Notes: generated by a model from the letters alone, not told the origin. 64,000 bases of DNA from an uncultured bacterium (GCA_964635295.1 CAZWOB010000001.1:47743-111742), one strand, 5' to 3'; counted from the stretch's first letter, positions 17,521-25,567 are shown. Numbers and translations are program-made.

Positions 17521-19598
17521 TACAGACCTCCCTGTTGTTGTGGTTGTTGTGGTGACTCTTGATCGATAGCGCTAAAAACTTCGATGTTCTTCGCGCGATT
17601 TTCTTGAAACTCTGATTGCTCTTGCTGCCTTAAGAACTGAAGGAAGGAAACGATCTTCTGAATGTTGTCAGCTTTTAAGCCTTCAATTTCTGCAAGCGTC
17701 TTAGCTCTATCGAGATTTGCCTGAGCGATATTTTGTATTTGTTCAGACTCTCTTTCCCCTTCTAGACCTAAATTTGCAAGACCTCTTGTATCTCTTTCGT
17801 TAGCCGTTGATTTGTTCAGGTCAATCTGTGACTGGACAAGCTCCAGCTGTTGTTGGATCTGCTGAATCTGCAATTGCTGTTGTTGCAGATCTATCTGCTC
17901 TTGCTGTTGATTAACCTGCTCGATGCGCTCCATCAACTCTGAGTGGCCGACCATCGGCATGTTTTCAATGATCAGATCGACAGGGATCTTTTCTGGACCG
18001 AAAAGCTCTACTGCCCTTAGAAGCTCAAAATAGAAAGCGTCTCTTTGAGACTGAGACTTCACACCCTGCTTGATCACAGCATCGTAACGCTCAAAAGACT
18101 CGTCATTGAACTGCTGTGTCGGCTCTTCATTGATAATACGAGCGACTTTGCCAGGTCCCCAGTTTAGTTGTACCGTGTACATTACCTTTTTAGTGAGATA
18201 GCGTTGCGAGCGCTCGAAATTATCGAAAATCGCACGATTCGCTCGTAAACCGTTAGCAGCCCTTACCTCTGCAAGTCTTCCTGAAACCTGGGTATTACCA
18301 CCTTCATCGTCACCGAGCATCGACTCGTTAACGCCTGAAATTCCGTTGAATAGCGTGTTAATCGTCTGAGCGTACTCAAGCCAGCCTGGAGGCACCTGAC
18401 CCATCTGGATAGGCTTAAAGTCACGGTCAAGGTCTGCCTCGTCACGAGCCGGAATATTTCCGACACCAACACGATTCATTGCTTTCTCATCAGCGACAGC
18501 ACCAACTTTGTAGAGCATCCCGGTATTGAGGCTGGTATCCATGATGTCTTGTGCTCTTAGAAGACGCCTGTTAAAGCTCCTCTGAGCAGGGATAAGAGGT
18601 TGGACAAAGCCTTGTATCTTTAATCCAAAGTCATCAAGCTGAGGCTCAAAATAACCGGCCACAAGGGTGAGTGGGTAATCATCAAGACCAGTTGGATCTT
18701 CACCGGAATAGACAGCACGGCCGCCAAGTAGAACATTCAGCTCAACATACTGCTTGCTACGATTCATGATCTCGGCATTAATACCGCCTTCTCTTGCAAT
18801 GGCAACTAGCCTTTCATGCTCTTCCGTCTCGGATGGACTACCGTTTCTAAGCAGGATGTCTCCGGTAGACATGTCGACGATCTCTTGTACCTGCCTTGAT
18901 GTACGTCTGTAGTAGCTATCGTAGGTGATCAAATCATCTGAGTCGAAACGGTTCTTATTTGGCCTGTATTGCTGGAACTTGTTGTCGAATGTAGCCGTCG
19001 GAGTCTGATCGATCACTTTAGGATCGACAAAAGGCAAAAGAGCCTTAGCGTCTTCACGTGTAAGGAAGTCCCTTAGAAGCACTTCGGATGCGTCAGACAA
19101 ATCCAGACGGGTAAAGTTAGGGTCGATAATGAAAGAGTTGTACGAGCGCTTATAAAACTTGATATCCCCAAAGACAGGATCTTCTGAGTAATCGATCCAA
19201 AGACCGACAAGAGAAAGGCCTGTTTTCAAAGCATCGTCAAAGCCTTGCAATAGGAACTGGTCACCATCTCCCTTGTCGAATACGTACTTAACAACCGTGT
19301 TGAGCTGATCGGCAGTCTTCTCGTCAGAACCCTCCATCGGAGCGATCACTGTAGATTTTATGTTGTCTCGAGCGTAACCAGAGAAGAAGTTTACGGTTGA
19401 GCGAATGAGGTTGTATTCTGAAGGATCGCGACCTTCATCCAATAGACGTGAAATCTCATTGGACGTCCATGTACGGCCTGTATAGGCCTGCAAGCTTTTA
19501 AGGGCATTGGAAGTATAGTTTACCCAATACCTTTCTGAACGCTGCCAAAAATCATTGTAGTCTTGTTCGATCGAGGCGAAATCTGCCATCCGTGGCAA
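17520..19598 (-). CDS. portal protein
   Basis: 692 aa. First large gene after the terminase, upstream of scaffold and capsid. C-terminal Gln-rich coiled coil (QQQEQIDLQQQQLQIQQIQQQLELVQSQ), as in some podovirus portals. Confidence 0.7.
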   Translation of the reverse strand: MPRMADFASIEQDYNDFWQRSERYWVNYTSNALKSLQAYTGRTWTSNEISRLLDEGRDPSEYNLIRSTVNFFSGYARDNIKSTVIAPMEGSDEKTADQLNTVVKYVFDKGDGDQFLLQGFDDALKTGLSLVGLWIDYSEDPVFGDIKFYKRSYNSFIIDPNFTRLDLSDASEVLLRDFLTREDAKALLPFVDPKVIDQTPTATFDNKFQQYRPNKNRFDSDDLITYDSYYRRTSRQVQEIVDMSTGDILLRNGSPSETEEHERLVAIAREGGINAEIMNRSKQYVELNVLLGGRAVYSGEDPTGLDDYPLTLVAGYFEPQLDDFGLKIQGFVQPLIPAQRSFNRRLLRAQDIMDTSLNTGMLYKVGAVADEKAMNRVGVGNIPARDEADLDRDFKPIQMGQVPPGWLEYAQTINTLFNGISGVNESMLGDDEGGNTQVSGRLAEVRAANGLRANRAIFDNFERSQRYLTKKVMYTVQLNWGPGKVARIINEEPTQQFNDESFERYDAVIKQGVKSQSQRDAFYFELLRAVELFGPEKIPVDLIIENMPMVGHSELMERIEQVNQQQEQIDLQQQQLQIQQIQQQLELVQSQIDLNKSTANERDTRGLANLGLEGERESEQIQNIAQANLDRAKTLAEIEGLKADNIQKIVSFLQFLRQQEQSEFQENRAKNIEVFSAIDQESPQQPQQQGGL

Positions 19599-19735
19599 TC
19601 CGTTCCTTCCTTGGAGTTAGTTAATAACTTTCCCCCGTTAGGAAAAGGACGGCGTCGCCACTGTAACGGCAGTGTGAGGGTGATCAGCCCGACGACGCAC
19701 GCTTGTCAGCGTGCTAAATTTTTAGTGTAGATATA

Positions 19736-20011
19736 TTAACTAGATTTTTCAATAGTTATTTCGATAAAAGATTTCATCATTTTATCAAGAGTATCAAGGA
19801 TGTCGTCACTCGGTTTAACAACAAATAAATCAGAGTGTTTATCATTCCAAAAAGCCGGGTATTCTTTCAAATCCCTTCCCATAGCCTCTTTACCAAAAGC
19901 CCATTCATGAAACGCCTCTACGAGATCGCTCGATCCAAGAGCAATAGCGCAATAGTTTGAGACGCATAATATCCTTTGGCTTTTCCTTGCCCCTGCGATA
20001 TCAAGCTTCAT
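19736..20011 (-). CDS. hypothetical protein
   Basis: 91-aa ORF with a 4-nt overlap with 20008..20550. Confidence 0.4.
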   Translation of the reverse strand: MKLDIAGARKSQRILCVSNYCAIALGSSDLVEAFHEWAFGKEAMGRDLKEYPAFWNDKHSDLFVVKPSDDILDTLDKMMKSFIEITIEKSS

Positions 20012-20550
20012 TTCATCATTGCCATTGTTTCTTTTTTAACCCATTCAGGCGGCTCAGGATGTGGCGACCAATCCGTTACACCTATAAGAGCTACATCGGT
20101 TTTTCCAAGAAACCATCTTCCATCTTCATGGCGACCCTTATCATAATTCTCACCGTTTGATAAAGGTTTTCCAAAAACCCATACCTCATCGCTATGAAGA
20201 GGAGGGCTTGACTCAGCGTCTATCCAATTAAAACCCTGAACCAGAAACACCCTGGATGCTTCTACTTTTCTATGATAGTCTTTCAAATTATAGAAAGAGG
20301 GATAACCAGATTCATCATCACCATAAAAAACAACATCCCAAAAACCACTCCAGTCAAACTCTTCCAGACTCTGAAGTAAAACAGGAACAGAACCCCATTT
20401 CTTTCTAAATTTAATGAATGTCATGGGAACAGAAATCTCTTTTTCCATGCTATAGTCTGATAACCTCGATGAAACCTCCTGAACCCTTTTCTCGACACCA
20501 CAACCGTCATAATCAAAAATCATTAAAAAACCATGCAAGTAATCACTCAT
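20008..20550 (-). CDS. hypothetical protein with C-terminal DUF551-like domain
   Basis: 180 aa. WIDAESSPPLHSDEVWVFGK...GVTDWSPHPEPPEW matches the DUF551 pattern (W-I-x-x-x-D-x-P ... W-x-P-x-P-x-P-P). Confidence 0.5.
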   Translation of the reverse strand: MSDYLHGFLMIFDYDGCGVEKRVQEVSSRLSDYSMEKEISVPMTFIKFRKKWGSVPVLLQSLEEFDWSGFWDVVFYGDDESGYPSFYNLKDYHRKVEASRVFLVQGFNWIDAESSPPLHSDEVWVFGKPLSNGENYDKGRHEDGRWFLGKTDVALIGVTDWSPHPEPPEWVKKETMAMMK

Positions 20551-21347
20551 ATCCTATTCCTTCGATACCGATCCATTCTGTCTAAATGCTCTTTGAGAGC
20601 TTTATCAGACGTTCCACCAGATATTAACTGCTCAGCCCTTCCAAGGTATCTAAAAGCAGATGCCCCATGAGATGCCCAGTCATGCAACTCTCTTTCCACG
20701 TAGCACTGATTCTTCTCTGACCACTCTTTGCGGTAGTTCTCCAAAGCCTTGATCCCCTGAGCGCATTTATCCTTATCAAACCAGCATCGATCCAGCATCG
20801 ATCGTGCGTAGTTGGTGGCCGGGATGATGTCATTTTCCCTTTCAAGCTTGATCAATTTGATTCCAAGATCCCTGGCAAAGTCTACCAGAGACCGGCCAGT
20901 CTGAAACGACTTTATTCCTGCATCGTGTGGGACATAGTGTTTCCCATAGATGTAGTTTCTTTGCCTAAGGACGGTGATATAATGGGATATGTCCTCAAAA
21001 TTGTTTTCGTAGTAGTCGATTAACCTGATCTCTTTTCCAACCAATTGAAAGAACCAGATGGCCGTAGGGTCACGTCTGCCAAGATCCCAAGCCGTATGCA
21101 CCTCAGATAAACGCTCATACGGCACAGAGCATATACACCCCTCACTGTGAGCTTTAGAGATGCCTTTTCCGTACCATAGGCCGTCATTTGCGACCTCCCA
21201 GCACTCATCAAGTGTGGAGGGGTATTGCGTCTTCATACCATCGCCGAGCGTTGAGGCCTTTTTGATATACCAGTTCTTTTGACCTTGCGAAAGCCTAATG
21301 TCGTGATCTTTGCATAGCTTGTCGAAATAGGCTTGGTAGTCTTTCAT
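20547..21347 (-). CDS. terL: terminase large subunit, C-terminal nuclease half only
   Basis: 266 aa. LSQGQKNWYIKK, QYPSTLDECW, HTAWDLGRRDPTAIWFFQ (first acidic nuclease motif), VPHDAG, HDWASHGASAFRYL. These are characteristic C-terminal TerL blocks. No ATPase motifs are present. Confidence 0.8.
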   Translation of the reverse strand: MKDYQAYFDKLCKDHDIRLSQGQKNWYIKKASTLGDGMKTQYPSTLDECWEVANDGLWYGKGISKAHSEGCICSVPYERLSEVHTAWDLGRRDPTAIWFFQLVGKEIRLIDYYENNFEDISHYITVLRQRNYIYGKHYVPHDAGIKSFQTGRSLVDFARDLGIKLIKLERENDIIPATNYARSMLDRCWFDKDKCAQGIKALENYRKEWSEKNQCYVERELHDWASHGASAFRYLGRAEQLISGGTSDKALKEHLDRMDRYRRNRI

Positions 21348-21529
21348 TTAATCTGAAGCAAAGCCCTTACTTTAATGTCTTCCGGCTCAAACCTGGCATT
21401 TGACAAAGCCTCATTGATGCAATGCTTAACCACTGGGTCATCAGCTAAGAACTTGTATTCATCGTACATCAGAAACTTTTGCTTGTAGGTCTGTTCCACG
21501 ACTTTAATCGTGATCGTTAGCTCTGTCAT
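21344..21529 (-). CDS. hypothetical small protein (insert block)
   Basis: 61-aa ORF with a 4-nt overlap with the terL-C start. Confidence 0.4.
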   Translation of the reverse strand: MTELTITIKVVEQTYKQKFLMYDEYKFLADDPVVKHCINEALSNARFEPEDIKVRALLQIK

Positions 21530-21586
21530 AAACGTCCTTGTTTATAGTAAGTTATACATGTTTATACCTGGAACCAGATATAACCC

Positions 21587-21772
21587 TTAGTTTACTGGAA
21601 GTGAAAAATGTACCAAACCATTGCACTGATCACACTCCACCCATACATCAGTATAGTATTCAGGATCATTGTCTTCCTGCGCGTAGACCTGAAATTTATT
21701 TCCACACTTGCAGTCCTCACTATATAAGCACCGACTTTTAAGTATGTGTTCACGTGATAGCTCACTTCCCAT
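21587..21772 (-). CDS. small Cys-rich zinc-ribbon-like protein (insert block)
   Basis: 61 aa with CxC and CxxC pairs (CKCGNK ... CDQCNG). GAGGAG RBS lies 9 nt upstream. Preferred over the overlapping frame 21592..21789. Confidence 0.45.
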   Translation of the reverse strand: MGSELSREHILKSRCLYSEDCKCGNKFQVYAQEDNDPEYYTDVWVECDQCNGLVHFSLPVN

Positions 21773-21785
21773 TCAATAAAACTCC

Positions 21786-22166
21786 TCAAAGATAATCATC
21801 AGGTTTTCTTTTAAATTTCATGGCATATGTGCTTTTTGTTTGAAGTGGATCACAATACATAGGGGGGCGATGTATAAATTGAACATCCTCCCCTAAGTAT
21901 AATTTTTGGAGTGCCCAAGTCAAGAGATCCAAAGTATTTTCATAATCTGTTTTTAGCAGATATTCTGCATACTTTTTAAAAAATCTATTATTCATCTTTT
22001 CGATGGCGTTTTCATCAAAATCGCCTTCTTCTAAAATGTAAGCGAAGCCTTCATCAAGGGGATGGATCTCTCCGTTTTTTATAAGCATTCTTAACTCACC
22101 AAGATCACTTTCCAAAGCCAAGCCACAAAACCGACCCCAGCAACGAAAAGGAGCCAGCAACAGCAC
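21786..22166 (-). CDS. hypothetical protein (insert block)
   Basis: 126-aa ORF. Confidence 0.4.
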   Translation of the reverse strand: MLLLAPFRCWGRFCGLALESDLGELRMLIKNGEIHPLDEGFAYILEEGDFDENAIEKMNNRFFKKYAEYLLKTDYENTLDLLTWALQKLYLGEDVQFIHRPPMYCDPLQTKSTYAMKFKRKPDDYL

Positions 22167-22192
22167 ATTAGAAACACCTCAGACCAGTGCAT

Positions 22193-22435
22193 TTAGCTTA
22201 CAACCCCACATGTAGGGCATTTCAGCTTTGGAAGCGGTATCCAGTGTGTTACACAATCGTCTATTGCATTTTTCCACAAGCCATTAAATTGACGACAATC
22301 TTCAAAATAAACAACCTCATCACCGTCCTCTACCCTCACCAATACTTTCACATTAAAAGGAGGTGGATCTTCCCTTACAGAACTCCATTTCAGAGTGCTA
22401 ATTCTCATCTTGATACCTCGGCGCTTTTTCGCCAC
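22193..22435 (-). CDS. DUF551-like protein with C-terminal CxxC (insert block)
   Basis: 80 aa. WSSVREDPPPFNVKVLVRVEDG...VTHWIPLPKLKCPTCG. The start may be the internal Met at 22408. Confidence 0.5.
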   Translation of the reverse strand: MAKKRRGIKMRISTLKWSSVREDPPPFNVKVLVRVEDGDEVVYFEDCRQFNGLWKNAIDDCVTHWIPLPKLKCPTCGVVS

Positions 22436-22754
22436 AAAAAGGGCAATATTTAACCATCAGATTCCAGAGGTTTGTTCCAGACGATGAAACATAAAAGTAT
22501 CCCTCTTTTTCTTTACAAATGTAGGGTTTAAGGTACCCAACACCACAAAAATGCAACTTAACTGGAGGCTCAGGCAAAGGCATCCATCCCAAAATACTTG
22601 ACTCATTCCACCTATCAAACTTGCCACTCAACCAGAAATTGTTTTCCTTGTCCCAAGATATTAAATTATATCCCTTAAAGTTTAATCCATCTATATAGAC
22701 GAGAATTTCAGATCCGTCTTTGGGAGCTGTCTCTATTGGTTGCCACTCAGTCAT
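22398..22754 (-). CDS. DUF551-like protein with C-terminal zinc ribbon (insert block)
   Basis: 118 aa. WQPIETAPKDGSEILVY...ILGWMPLPEPP, then CGVG...CPFCG. Confidence 0.5.
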   Translation of the reverse strand: MTEWQPIETAPKDGSEILVYIDGLNFKGYNLISWDKENNFWLSGKFDRWNESSILGWMPLPEPPVKLHFCGVGYLKPYICKEKEGYFYVSSSGTNLWNLMVKYCPFCGEKAPRYQDEN

Positions 22755-22799
22755 CTGAATCCCTCGTACACCATTTTCTCTTTAAATTCTAAGAACTCC

Positions 22800-22985
22800 T
22801 CAGGTGTCATCGTCATCTCCATAAACTAACTTTCTTGTGAATTTAAACTCGAAAAGAACAATGGATATCGAACAGCCTAAGCACCCATATGCACCCCAGC
22901 GTTTTAGCACCTCAACACCTTCAAACTGCCCTATCAAATACAAAGACAGAATTAAGAAAAATACACCGATCGGCTTTGAAATCAT
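22800..22985 (-). CDS. small membrane protein (insert block)
   Basis: 61 aa with two hydrophobic segments (IGVFFLILSLYLIGQF, GAYGCLGCSISIVLF). Confidence 0.4.
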   Translation of the reverse strand: MISKPIGVFFLILSLYLIGQFEGVEVLKRWGAYGCLGCSISIVLFEFKFTRKLVYGDDDDT

Positions 22986-22988
22986 TTC

Positions 22989-23216
22989 TCAAATCTCCCA
23001 CACATGAAAACAAAAAGGATGCACATCTACGTACTCCTCATCGGGTGGGAGTATGATTGCTGCATACTTTACTTGAGGTAGGTACTTATAACGAGCCTCC
23101 TTTATCTCAGACCACGTTGGTGGTCTTGATCCGTGCGATATAGACAAGTGCATCCGGCCGTTGTCCTTCGGTATTTCTTGGTAGCATTTGCCGTCTACTT
23201 CGATAATGTTTTCCAT
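22989..23216 (-). CDS. hypothetical phage protein (insert block)
   Basis: 75 aa. The HLSISHGSRPPTWSEIKEARYKY pattern is seen in prophage orphan families. Confidence 0.45.
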   Translation of the reverse strand: MENIIEVDGKCYQEIPKDNGRMHLSISHGSRPPTWSEIKEARYKYLPQVKYAAIILPPDEEYVDVHPFCFHVWEI

Positions 23217-23245
23217 TTAGTTCCTTTAAATTTCGTAACCTTTCG

Positions 23246-23323
23246 TAAGCCGAGGAGGGATTCGAACCTTTGTACCATTAAACCACAAGGTAAAACTCGG
23301 TGTTTTGCTAAGCTGGTACACCG
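23246..23323 (-). other. tRNA-like remnant / structured RNA (T-arm and acceptor 3' strand, no anticodon arm)
   Basis: Minus strand reads CCGAG-TT-TACC-TTGTGGTTTAAT-GGTA-CAAAGGTTCGAATCCCTC-CTCGG-CTTA. It contains the canonical GGTTCGAATCC T-loop box. An upstream hairpin CGGTGT-N14-ACACCG is also present. A full cloverleaf cannot be drawn. Confidence 0.35.
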
Positions 23324-23329
23324 ATTCAA

Positions 23330-23575
23330 TTATTTTTCCCCCAACAAACAAAGCATCTTGATCGCATACATTTGCGATTGCTCAAGATGAGTCAATGCCT
23401 CTTCAAATACACGCATACAGCTTCCCAGATCTTCATCCACTAACAAAGGGAAAGCCTCTGAAACGTAATTTTCCAATTCAATATATTTTGAGCGCATGTC
23501 AGACATTTTCTGAATTATTTCTTCATCAAAATCTGATATGTAATCTAGTCTGAATGAGCTTTTAGTCATTTTCAA
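23330..23575 (-). CDS. hypothetical protein (insert block)
   Basis: 81-aa acidic helical ORF. Confidence 0.4.
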   Translation of the reverse strand: MKMTKSSFRLDYISDFDEEIIQKMSDMRSKYIELENYVSEAFPLLVDEDLGSCMRVFEEALTHLEQSQMYAIKMLCLLGEK

Positions 23576-23808
23576 TCCTCATTTAAATAATCCCTTTCAA
23601 CCTCTTGAATGATCCACTGAATTTCTGATTCGCATTTGTCGAGTGTGCGTGTTAATGACTCAAGACGTAAAAGCACTTCATAAGGTACCTTGTTTATCTC
23701 ATACGCCTCTCTTACTAGGCGGTAAAGACTGCTGGCTATCATAGAAACGTCTGTTTCTCTCCCTTCAATAACATCCTTTGATTGACCTCTTTCTTCCAGC
23801 CAAGTCAT
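23572..23808 (-). CDS. hypothetical protein (insert block)
   Basis: 78-aa ORF with 4-nt overlaps on both sides. Confidence 0.4.
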   Translation of the reverse strand: MTWLEERGQSKDVIEGRETDVSMIASSLYRLVREAYEINKVPYEVLLRLESLTRTLDKCESEIQWIIQEVERDYLNED

Positions 23809-24098
23809 GCCAAATACTCCTTCATCCGGTTAAGCGGCTTCGGCGGTTTTGGATTCGGCATCCAGTAATCAATCTTTCCTCCGATGCAATCAACAAAATT
23901 TCCGTACCTATCAAAATAGACAGAAGTATATCGCACCCTTTTACCGTCAAACGTCATAACCATTTCACCATAATCAGGTAGATCGTCCTCTACACTGATC
24001 CATCCAGGCGTATACTCGACGTATTTTATCTCGCGATTGAAAGCATAATAGACATTGATAGCAGCTAACAGTGCCAATAAAAAAATAAGAGCCATCAT
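23805..24098 (-). CDS. membrane-anchored DUF551-like protein (insert block)
   Basis: 97 aa. N-terminal TM segment MMALIFLLALLAAINVYYAF, then WISVEDDLPDYGEMVMTF...IDYWMPNPKPP. Confidence 0.5.
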   Translation of the reverse strand: MMALIFLLALLAAINVYYAFNREIKYVEYTPGWISVEDDLPDYGEMVMTFDGKRVRYTSVYFDRYGNFVDCIGGKIDYWMPNPKPPKPLNRMKEYLA

Positions 24099-24099
24099 T

Positions 24100-24468
24100 T
24101 CACCTTTCTTTTGTTTCTTTTTTTACTTTCTCAATCCTGTCGCTAAAGACTCTGTGCAAAAATATTCTTATGAACTCTTCAAGAACATTTTCATGAAAAA
24201 CCATATGATCGGAACAAAACATATCTGATTGATGATCTCCCACCTTTAAACGAACAACTGTTTGACATTCTTCTGGAGATTGCTTGTAAAGAAGTGAAGC
24301 CTGCCTTGGAACTGTCCAGCTGTTTCTTGAAAAACTATCTTCAAAATCAAACGTTTCGATCGGGTTGTTTACTTCAAATTGATTTCTGAGCTTTTCATTT
24401 TCATATAGAAGTCGTCTAATTTCAGACTCTAAATAATCGGTGTATCGTTTTGTGTATTCACTGATCAC
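24100..24468 (-). CDS. hypothetical protein (insert block)
   Basis: 122-aa ORF. Confidence 0.4.
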   Translation of the reverse strand: MISEYTKRYTDYLESEIRRLLYENEKLRNQFEVNNPIETFDFEDSFSRNSWTVPRQASLLYKQSPEECQTVVRLKVGDHQSDMFCSDHMVFHENVLEEFIRIFLHRVFSDRIEKVKKETKER

Positions 24469-24809
24469 TTTTTGTCCCTTCTCTCTTGTACAGGGTGTCT
24501 GCCGACATACTTACCGGCAGGGTGTCCCTGGCTTTCTGGGTAGTAGGCTTGCAAATACTCGTTTTGACGGATGGCTAGCAGAACATTGCAAAGCGTCTCT
24601 TCAACGATCTCAAACTGCTTTTGTGACAGCCTAAGCGCCTCATCGTACTTCTTTAGCGACTTCTCAACTTTAAGAAGACATCCATTAAGCTTACTAAGCT
24701 TTTGCTCCTGTACCTGCCCGTACTGCGTTAGAAACCGCTGATTCTCTCTTAACATCTCTTTGATAAGATTGGTGTGGAACGCTCTTTCATCTTTTGCTTC
24801 GTTGCCCAT
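24465..24809 (-). CDS. hypothetical coiled-coil protein (insert block)
   Basis: 114-aa ORF that starts 8 nt after the terL-N stop, with a GGAGAA RBS. Confidence 0.4.
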   Translation of the reverse strand: MGNEAKDERAFHTNLIKEMLRENQRFLTQYGQVQEQKLSKLNGCLLKVEKSLKKYDEALRLSQKQFEIVEETLCNVLLAIRQNEYLQAYYPESQGHPAGKYVGRHPVQERRDKK

Positions 24810-24817
24810 TCATTCTC

Positions 24818-25567
24818 CTAATTTAATGTGTATGTGGATTCCTTCCACCAAGGGAAAAAGAACAGCTTGTAATCCATCTCACCTGGCTCCTCTCCCTTAA
24901 CAGCCTTTTCCTGCGCCTGCTTGCAAATGTCGTAGAAATACCCGCCTCTCCCCTCACTCGTTGACTCGATAGTCACCTGCTGACCTATCGCAACCGTCTC
25001 AAGCGCCCCTTCAATGATCTCTTGCGCTTTTGCTGGGTATTTGGCGCATATCTTTCCAAATTCGCTGATATGAAGCCTCTGGAACGTTCCACCGCGTGGA
25101 GCGGTATCTACCACGTAGCTTGACCCATTTGCCCATCTAAGCATTCGCGTTGAATCCTTGGAAGCTGGGTTTAGCTTGGTTACCCAATCAGGCATCCGCT
25201 CCCAGGCAAACTTGACCTTGTTCTCAAAGATAAGTTCAGCGTTTTCTCTTCTGTCAGCAATAAACGTCGTGTCGATCGGAGTTTCATTGAAGATGCAGTC
25301 ATCGATGTAGTTAATGGCGTAGAATGTAGTCACGCCAAGCTGACGGCTTTTGGGGATGATCTTCAGCGGGTGAGGGTCTTTCAAGAGCTCAATTTGCGCC
25401 CAGTTGGGTTCAAAAAGCACAGGCTTTCCGTCTTTACCCTTTATCCAATAAAGCCCAGACTTCTTTGATAATCGCCACTCTTTATCTAAAAGCTTTGGAT
25501 TATCCTTGGCGTATATCTCAACAACTTTTCTAAAATCTGAAGTCATGAGATGGAACATAAACGACAA
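24818..25567 (-). CDS. terL: terminase large subunit, N-terminal ATPase half only
   Basis: 249 aa. NWAQIELL...IIPKSRQLGVTTF (Walker-A-like), RLHISEFGKI (Walker-B-like), TIESTSEG (coupling motif). Ends in FFFPWWKESTYTLN at the usual ATPase-nuclease linker. Confidence 0.8.
   Translation of the reverse strand: MSFMFHLMTSDFRKVVEIYAKDNPKLLDKEWRLSKKSGLYWIKGKDGKPVLFEPNWAQIELLKDPHPLKIIPKSRQLGVTTFYAINYIDDCIFNETPIDTTFIADRRENAELIFENKVKFAWERMPDWVTKLNPASKDSTRMLRWANGSSYVVDTAPRGGTFQRLHISEFGKICAKYPAKAQEIIEGALETVAIGQQVTIESTSEGRGGYFYDICKQAQEKAVKGEEPGEMDYKLFFFPWWKESTYTLN

Noticed and set aside
17600-17900. Poly-Gln / CAG-CAA repeat tract in the portal C-terminus as a contingency or slippage locus
   Set aside because: The codons are mixed (caa and cag, interspersed with other residues) and form a coiled-coil-like heptad pattern. 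It is not a perfect simple-sequence repeat.
21592-21789. 65-aa ORF overlapping 21587..21772 in another frame
   Set aside because: It would overlap the upstream gene stop and has a hydrophobic, nonsense-like sequence. The alternative frame has a GAGGAG RBS and paired Cys motifs.
23217-23329. A bona fide phage tRNA gene
   Set aside because: Only the T-loop box and the acceptor 3' strand are convincing. I could not draw an anticodon arm or a 7-bp acceptor stem, and the T-stem has 2 mismatches in 5. It is kept only as a tRNA-like remnant.
21344-24809. A group I/II intron or intein interrupting terL
   Set aside because: The insert consists of 12 tightly packed ORFs with their own RBSs and overlaps. 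Both terL halves have their own stop and start. There is no in-frame continuity for an intein, and I recognised no intron-like structured core.
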